DNA of 64,000 nucleotides from positions 681,480-745,479 of the forward strand of contig NIVC01000068.1 in the NCBI GenBank assembly GCA_002269645.1, read 5' to 3'. The position numbers and the translations under genes are program-made. The DNA is from Macrostomum lignano (Eukaryota). The notes beneath the pieces were generated by a model. It did not search any database and had not been told where the DNA came from. It worked only from the letters and a program-made list of their open reading frames with translations. Below are positions 57,686 through 64,000 of this stretch, piece by piece. Position 1 is the stretch's first letter, and each line of letters opens with the position of its first letter.

Positions 57686-58556
57686 TTTAGCATAACCACA
57701 CAATCTTGAGGTCAGGGCGCCATCGTTGGGGCGCCAGCACCAATGTGGATTTATTTACAAAATGCGAAAAAGTTCAAGGGATTTATAAATTTTACATCGC
57801 CACAGTGAGCAAAATCCGTCAAAACAGACGCTCAGAACCTGACTGCTGGGGTGGGTAGTAAAAAGCATGTATCTATGACAATAAGCTGAGCAAATTGATT
57901 TCAATTTGGACGAAATAAGTGAGCTGTATCCCTACAACCAAGCTTATACGAGCGTATTCCTGTCTCCCTCTCGTCCCTCTCTTCTGCCTCTCTCGGGTCC
58001 TGTTTTTCTTTGCGTCAAAAAGCAACTTTATCATTTCGTCTAGCGTTGTTTTATCCTGTATATTTACAACGTCGCATTTATTCTTCTTAATCGTGTGAGA
58101 GCCATGCATATTATATTCAAAAGCGCGCAAGTTTGCAATAAATTTTTTGCCTCAATTGACTTCAGCTAGCTAGTTGATATCTAATGTCCATTTGCCTCGT
58201 GTTCAAGCTAAACTAGCACGTCTTCTCCTTTTCTCATTCTACCTAAAGGTAAGCGGACCCAAAGCCGATACGCGGAGAGATGCATGCAGGGTGCGCGCAG
58301 CCAAAGGTTCGGACAGAGATTTCTTGCTGCTTTGTTCGCTAAGGGTGGCCGCGTCAGAGGTCGGGTGGTCCAGCCGGCCAATAGCTCGAAACGGCCTCAT
58401 CGTTCCACTATAAATAGTCGGCGAACTAAAAGAAATAGCAAACTAGTTCTTTTAAGAGAAGAAAAGATTCAAAGTAGAAGGACAACGAGTATTCTAAAAA
58501 CTGTCAAAACTTTTTTTAAACTTCTTGCATTGAAACCAGAAAATTTGGGAAAAAAT

Positions 58557-61500
58557 ATGTGGCGCTGCCACTACGCCCTGCATTTGCTGATTGCAGCATT
58601 ACTCGTCTGCAGTAAGTTTATTAAACCATTGAAGTTTGACTGCCAAATTTTTGACGGCTTAAGTTTAAATGTATCTTTAATACATAGGAGTCTCAAAACT
58701 CAAATATCATCAACATCTTTGTAGAACTCTCAGCAAGCACGACTGAAATTCCAAATCAGTCCACAACAGCTGAAGCGGTAGCTCCATCTAGTGAACCTGC
58801 CACTTCCGAAGCTCCAACTCTACCAGTCCCATCTGAGGCTCCTACTGCACCTGCTCCATCTGACGCTCCGAGTGCGCCTCCATCGAGCGGACCTGCCCCG
58901 TCCGACGCTCCCAGTGCACCTCCATCGAGCGGACCTGCTCCATCCGACGCTCCCAGTGCACCTCCATCGAGCGGACCTGCTCCAAGTGATGCTCCGAGTG
59001 CAACTCCATCAAGCGGACCTGCTTCAAGTGACGCTCCGAGTGCGCCTCCATCGAGCGGACCTGCTTCAAGTGACGCTCCGAGTGCGCCTCCATCGAGCGG
59101 ACCTGCTCCAAGTGACGCTCCGAGCGCAGCTACATTGAGCGGACCTGCCCCGTCCGACGTTCCGAGTGCGCCTCCATCGAGCGGACCTGCTCCATCGGAC
59201 GCTCCGAGTGCGCCTCCATCAAGCGGACCTGCCCCGTCCGACGCTCCCAGTGCACCTCCATCGAGCGGACCTGCTCCATCCGACGCTCCCAGTGCACCTC
59301 CATCGAGCGGACCTGCTCCATCCGACGCTCCCAGTGCACCTCCATCGAGCGGACCTGCTCCAAGTGATGCTTCGAGTGCAACTCCATCAAGCGGACCTGC
59401 TCCAAGTGATGCTCCGAGTGTACCTCCATCGAGCGGACCTGCTCCAAGTGATGCTCCGAGTGCGCCTCCATCGAGCGGACCTGCTCCAAGTGATGCTCCG
59501 AGTGCGCCTCCATCGAGCGGACCTGCCCCGTCCGACGCTCCCAGTGCACCTCCATCGAGCGGATCTGCTCCATCCGACGCTCCCAGTGCACCTCCATCGA
59601 GCGGACCTGCCCCGTCCGACGCTCCCAGTGCACCTCCATCGAGCGGACCTGCTCCATCCGACGCTCCCAGTGCACCTCCATCGAGCGGACCTGCTCCAAG
59701 TGATGCTCCGAGTGTACCTCCATCGAGCGGACCTGCTTCAAGTGATGCTCCGAGTGCGCCTCCATCGAGCGGACCTGCTCCAAGTGATGCTCCGAGTGCG
59801 CCTCCATCGAGCGGACCTGCCCCGTCCGACGCTCCCAGTGCACCTCCATCGAGCGGACCTGCTCCATCCGACGCTCCCAGTGCACCTCCATCGAGCGGAC
59901 CTGCTCCATCCGACGCTCCCAGTGCACCTCCATCGAGCGGACCTGCTCCAAGTGATGCTTCGAGTGCAACTCCATCAAGCGGACCTGCTCCAAGTGATGC
60001 TCCGAGTGCGCCTCCATCGAGCGGACCTGCTCCATCCGACGCTCCGAGTGCATCTCCATCGAGCGGACCTGCTCCATCCGACGCTCCCAGTGCAACTCCA
60101 TCAAGCGGACCTGCTCCAAGTGACGCTCCGAGTGCGCCTCCATCGAGCGGACCTGCCCCGTCCGACGCTCCAAGCGCAGCTACATTGAGCGGACCTGCCC
60201 CTTCCGACGTTCCGAGTGCGCCTCCATCGAGCGGACCTGCTCCATCTGACGCTCCGAGTGCGCTTCCATCGAGTGGACCTGCCGCGTCAGACGCTCGAGT
60301 GCGCCTCCATCGAGCGGACCTGCCCCGTCCGACGCTCCAAGCGCAGCTACATTGAGCGGACCTGCCCCTTCCGACGTTCCGAGTGCGCCTCCATCGAGCG
60401 GACCTGCTCCATCTGACGCTCCGAGTGCGCTTCCATCGAGTGGACCTGCCGCGTCAGACGCTCCGAGTGCGCCTCCATCGAGCGGACCTGCCCCGTCCGA
60501 CGCTCCGAGTGCGCCTCCATCGAGCGGACCTGCTCCGAGTGATGCTCCGAGTGCGCCTCCATCAAGCGGACCTGCTTCAAGTGACGCTCCGAGTGCGCCT
60601 CCATCGAGCGGACCTGCCCCGTCCGACGCTCCGAGCGCAGCTACATTGAGCGGACCTGCCCCGTCCGACGTTCCGAGTGCGCCTCCATCGAGCGGACCTG
60701 CTCCATCCGACGCTCCCAGTGCACCTCCATCGAGCGGACCTGCTCCAAGTGACGCTCCGAGCGCAGCTACATTGAGAGGACCTGCCCCGTCCGACGCTCC
60801 CAGTGCACCTCCATCGAGCGGACCTGCTCCAAGTGATGCTCCGAGTGAAACTCCATCAAGCGGACCTGCTTCAAGTGACGCTCCGAGTGCGCCTCCATCA
60901 AGCGGACCTGCTCCAAGTGACGCTCCGAGCGCAGCTACATTGAGCGGACCTGCACCGTCCGACGTTCCGAGTGCGCCTCCATCGAGCGGACGTGCTCCAT
61001 CTGACGCTCCGAGTGCGCCTCCATCGAGCGGACCTGCCCGTCCGACGCTCCCAGTGCACCTCCATCGAGCGGACCTGCTCCATCCGACGCTCCCAGTGCA
61101 CCTCCATCGAGCGGACCTGCTCCAAGTGATGCTCCGAGTGCAACTCCATCAAGCGGACCTGCTTCAAGTGACGCTCCGAGTGTACCTCCATCGAGCGGAC
61201 CTGCTCCAAGTGATGCTCCGAGTGCGCCTCCATCGAGCGGACCTGCTTCATCTACATCACCAGCGGCATTGACGACAGTTGCGCCAACAACAGCTGCAAC
61301 AACGTGTTTAGTTGGCTATTGCAAAAATGACGGTGTTTGTTCGATCGTCAACAATGAGCGTACCTGCCAATGCCCTGTTAATTGGGGAGGAGATCATTGT
61401 GAAGAACGTATGTGTTTTTTCTAGCCTCTTGATACAATTATCTATGTTGCATTGCTGAAAAAAACATTTTTTCTCCTATTATAGGGGCAAAGATTGTTCG

Positions 61501-64000
61501 ACCAAAGGTCGTCGTGCAGAAAGACTACGATGAGGACATGAGAGACAACAACAGCCCTGCCGCGCAGAATTTCTGGTTAGCATTCGTACGATTTGTAAGT
61601 TAAACGCTTATTTTAACTAATGAAACTAAGAATACGAGTGTACAAAGTACAAAGTTGCCTTTGTTTCTTTTTTATCATTTTTAAATGATCAACTACAGAT
61701 GCTGGCAGTATTTCGTCGCTCAAGCAACCCAGCATTTGCCAACGCAAGGCACACGCTGATACTGATCAGCCTTGGACCAGGATCTGTTATCACTGAGTTC
61801 GACGACAAAATTAGCGGGCCACAGGTAGACACAATCGAAACAGAGGCAATTTCTTCTGATATCGAGTCTGGCATTTCGAATCTGGCATCATCGAACGAAT
61901 CATTCTCCAACTTTACCGTAAGCAATGTATCCTCGGCAGGTAAGTGGATCTCAGTGTGAAAATTTGTGAAGTTTTCTTTATCCGAACCTACTAAAATAGG
62001 ATCACTCGATATTTCTGCATAACATTGCCTGTTTTAGTGCCCAGCCTGTGCTCCAACACCAGCTGTTCCATTTATGCCTCTTGCGACAACAGCTCTACAA
62101 ACGTTTCAACCCTCTGCACCTGCAACTTCGGTTATAGAAGCGACTCCAACAATTCATATCCTGGTTACCTCTGCACCCAGGAGTGCAGTTCTACCAGCTG
62201 CTCCACCGATGAGACATGCATGGAAAACATTGGTGCCAATTTCACATGTAACACAATAACCACAGTGGGCCCGACAGTCGCTCCTGGCACGACTGCAGAG
62301 CTCAGCTCTACAGAAGCTCCAAGAGCAACAGAAATTTCATCAGCATCAACAGCCGATATTGGCTCGACAGAAACTCCTGAATCCTCAGCAGCTCCGGTAT
62401 CGACAGAAACTCCTGGATCTCCAGCAGCTCCGGTATCGACAGAAACTCCTGGATCGCCAGAAGCTCCGGTATCGACAGAAACTCCTGGATCCCCAGAAGC
62501 TCCGGTATCGACAGAAACTCCTGGATCCCCAGCAGCTCCAGTATCGACCGAAACTCCTGGATCCCCAGCAGCTTCGGTATCGACAGAAGCTCCTGGAACC
62601 CCAGCAGCTCCAGTATCGACAGAAACTCCTGGATCCCAGCAGCTCCGGTATCGACAGAAACTCCTGGATCCCCAGCAGCTTCGGTATCGACAGAAACTCC
62701 TGGATCCCAGCAGCTTCGGTATCGACAGAAACTCCTGGATCCCCAGCATCTTCGGTATCGACAGAAACTCTTGGATCCCCAGAAGCTCCAGTATCGACTG
62801 AAACTCCTGGATCCCAGCAGCTTCAGTATCGACAGAAACTCCTGGATCCCCAGCAGCTCCAGTATCGACTGAAACTCCTGGATCCCAGCAGCTTCAGTAT
62901 CGACAGAAACTCCTGGATCCCCAGCAGCTCCAGTATCGACTGAAACTCCTGGATCCCCAGCAGCTCCAGTATCGACTGAAACTCCTGGATCCCAGCAGCT
63001 CCAGTATCGACAGAAACTCCTGGATCCCCAGCAGCTTCGGTATCGACAGAAACTCCTGGATCGCCAGAAGCTCCGGTATCGACAGAAACTCCTGGATCCC
63101 CAGAAGCTCCGGTATCGACAGAAACTCCTGGATCCCCAGCAGCTGCAGTATCGACCGAAACTCCTGGATCCCCAGAAGCTCCGGTATCGACTGAAACTCC
63201 TAGATCCCCAGCAGCTTCGGTATCGACAGAAACTCCTGGATCCCCAGCAGCTCCAGTATCGACAGAAACTCCTGGATCCCCAGCAGCTCCGGTATCGACA
63301 GAAACTCCTGGATCCCCAGCAGCTCCAGTATCGACCGAAACTCCTGGATCCCAGAAGCTCCGGTATCGACAGAAACTCCTGGATCCCCAGCAGCTCCAGT
63401 ATCGACAGAAACTCCTGGATCCCCAGCAGCTCCAGTATCAACTGAAACTCCTGGATCCCAGCAGCTTCAGTATCGACAGAAACTCCTGGATCCCCAGCAG
63501 CTCCAGTATCGACTGAAACTCCTGGATCCCCAGCAGCTTCGGTATCGACAGAAGCTCCTGGATCCCCAGCAGCTCCAGTATCGACAGAAACTCCTGGATC
63601 CCCAGCAGCTCCAGTATCGACTGAAACTCCTGGATCCCCAGCAGCTCCAGTATCGACTGAAACTCCTGGATCCCAGCAGCTTCGGTATCGACAGAAACTC
63701 CTGGATCCCCAGCAGCTTCGGTATCGACAGAAACTCCTGGATCCCCAGCAGCTCCGGTATCGACAGAAACTCCTGGATCTCCAGCAGCTCCGGTATCGAC
63801 TGAAACTCCTGGATCCCCAGAAGCTCCGGTATCGACAGAAACTCCTGGATCCCCAGAAGCTCCGGTATCGACAGAAACTCCTGGATCCCCAGCAGCTCCG
63901 GTATCGACAGAAACTCCTAGATCTCCAGCAGCTCCGGTATCGACTGAAATTCAACTTCTCCTCCATCGAGCGGACCTGCCGTCGAGCCTTCAACTTCATC
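58557..64000 (+). CDS. Mucin/proteoglycan-like protein: signal peptide - PAS/SG repeat - EGF - SEA - EGF-like - PTS repeat; exons 58557-58611, 58725-61407, 61485-61594, 61699-61939, 62038->64000 (3' end outside the window; 1-nt frameshifts in the repeats)
   Basis: MWRCHYALHLLIAALLVC signal-like exon with an A|GTAAGT donor. (PAPSDAPSAPPSSG)n. EGF CLVGYCKNDGVCSIVNNERTCQCPVNWGGDHC. SEA-like DYDEDMRDNNSPAAQNF...GPGSVITEF. Cys-rich CSNTSCSIYASC...CTCNFGY. (STETPGSPAAPV)n. Splice phases 1,1,0,1 are consistent. Confidence 0.8.
58850..61250 (+). repeat. 42-bp coding tandem repeat (PAPSDAPSAPPSSG), ~57 units
   Basis: Variation is mostly synonymous at third positions in the PAS frame. Confidence 0.95.
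62390..63945 (+). repeat. 36-bp coding tandem repeat (STETPGSPAAPV), ~43 units
   Basis: tcgacagaaactcctggatccccagcagctccggta units; many have CCC instead of CCCC after GGAT. Confidence 0.95.

Noticed and set aside
62308-63999. 563-aa minus-strand ORF and the RLHRADLL/EQVRSMEAH frames at 58.8-61.3 kb
   Set aside because: Alternative frames of the mucin repeats. Only the plus-strand PAS/PTS frame links to the signal peptide, EGF and SEA exons.

Overview
Eukaryotic, intron-rich, repeat-dense animal DNA. GC-rich exons, minisatellite-filled introns and the gene content resemble the flatworm Macrostomum, but that is an inference. Four host genes can be reconstructed with consistent splice phases: a USP6NL/RN-tre-like TBC Rab-GAP (+, 21.6-26.4 kb), a divergent TRP(V)-like channel (-, 28.7-31.1 kb), a PDXDC1 homologue (+, 42.1-48.9 kb), and a secreted or surface mucin/proteoglycan-like protein (signal peptide, PAS/Ser-Gly repeat, EGF, SEA, EGF, second PTS repeat; +, 58.6 kb to beyond the window end). 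The first 21 kb is a nest of mobile DNA. It holds an intact hAT transposon (16-bp TIRs, 8-bp TSD) with a MITE inside it, which sits within a Helitron-like element. Next to it is a second non-autonomous Helitron-like family, present as a ~3-kb inverted pair plus tandem 5'-end copies and carrying two more MITEs. Further on are a TIR element with a triplicated left end, a decayed Ty3/Gypsy pol, a Helitron nested in a Helitron fragment, and an internally deleted P-like element with 71-bp TIRs. Most ORFs in the supplied track are read-throughs of tandem repeats. No rRNA, intact tRNA or CRISPR array was seen. Family assignments come from motif recognition; no database search was run.
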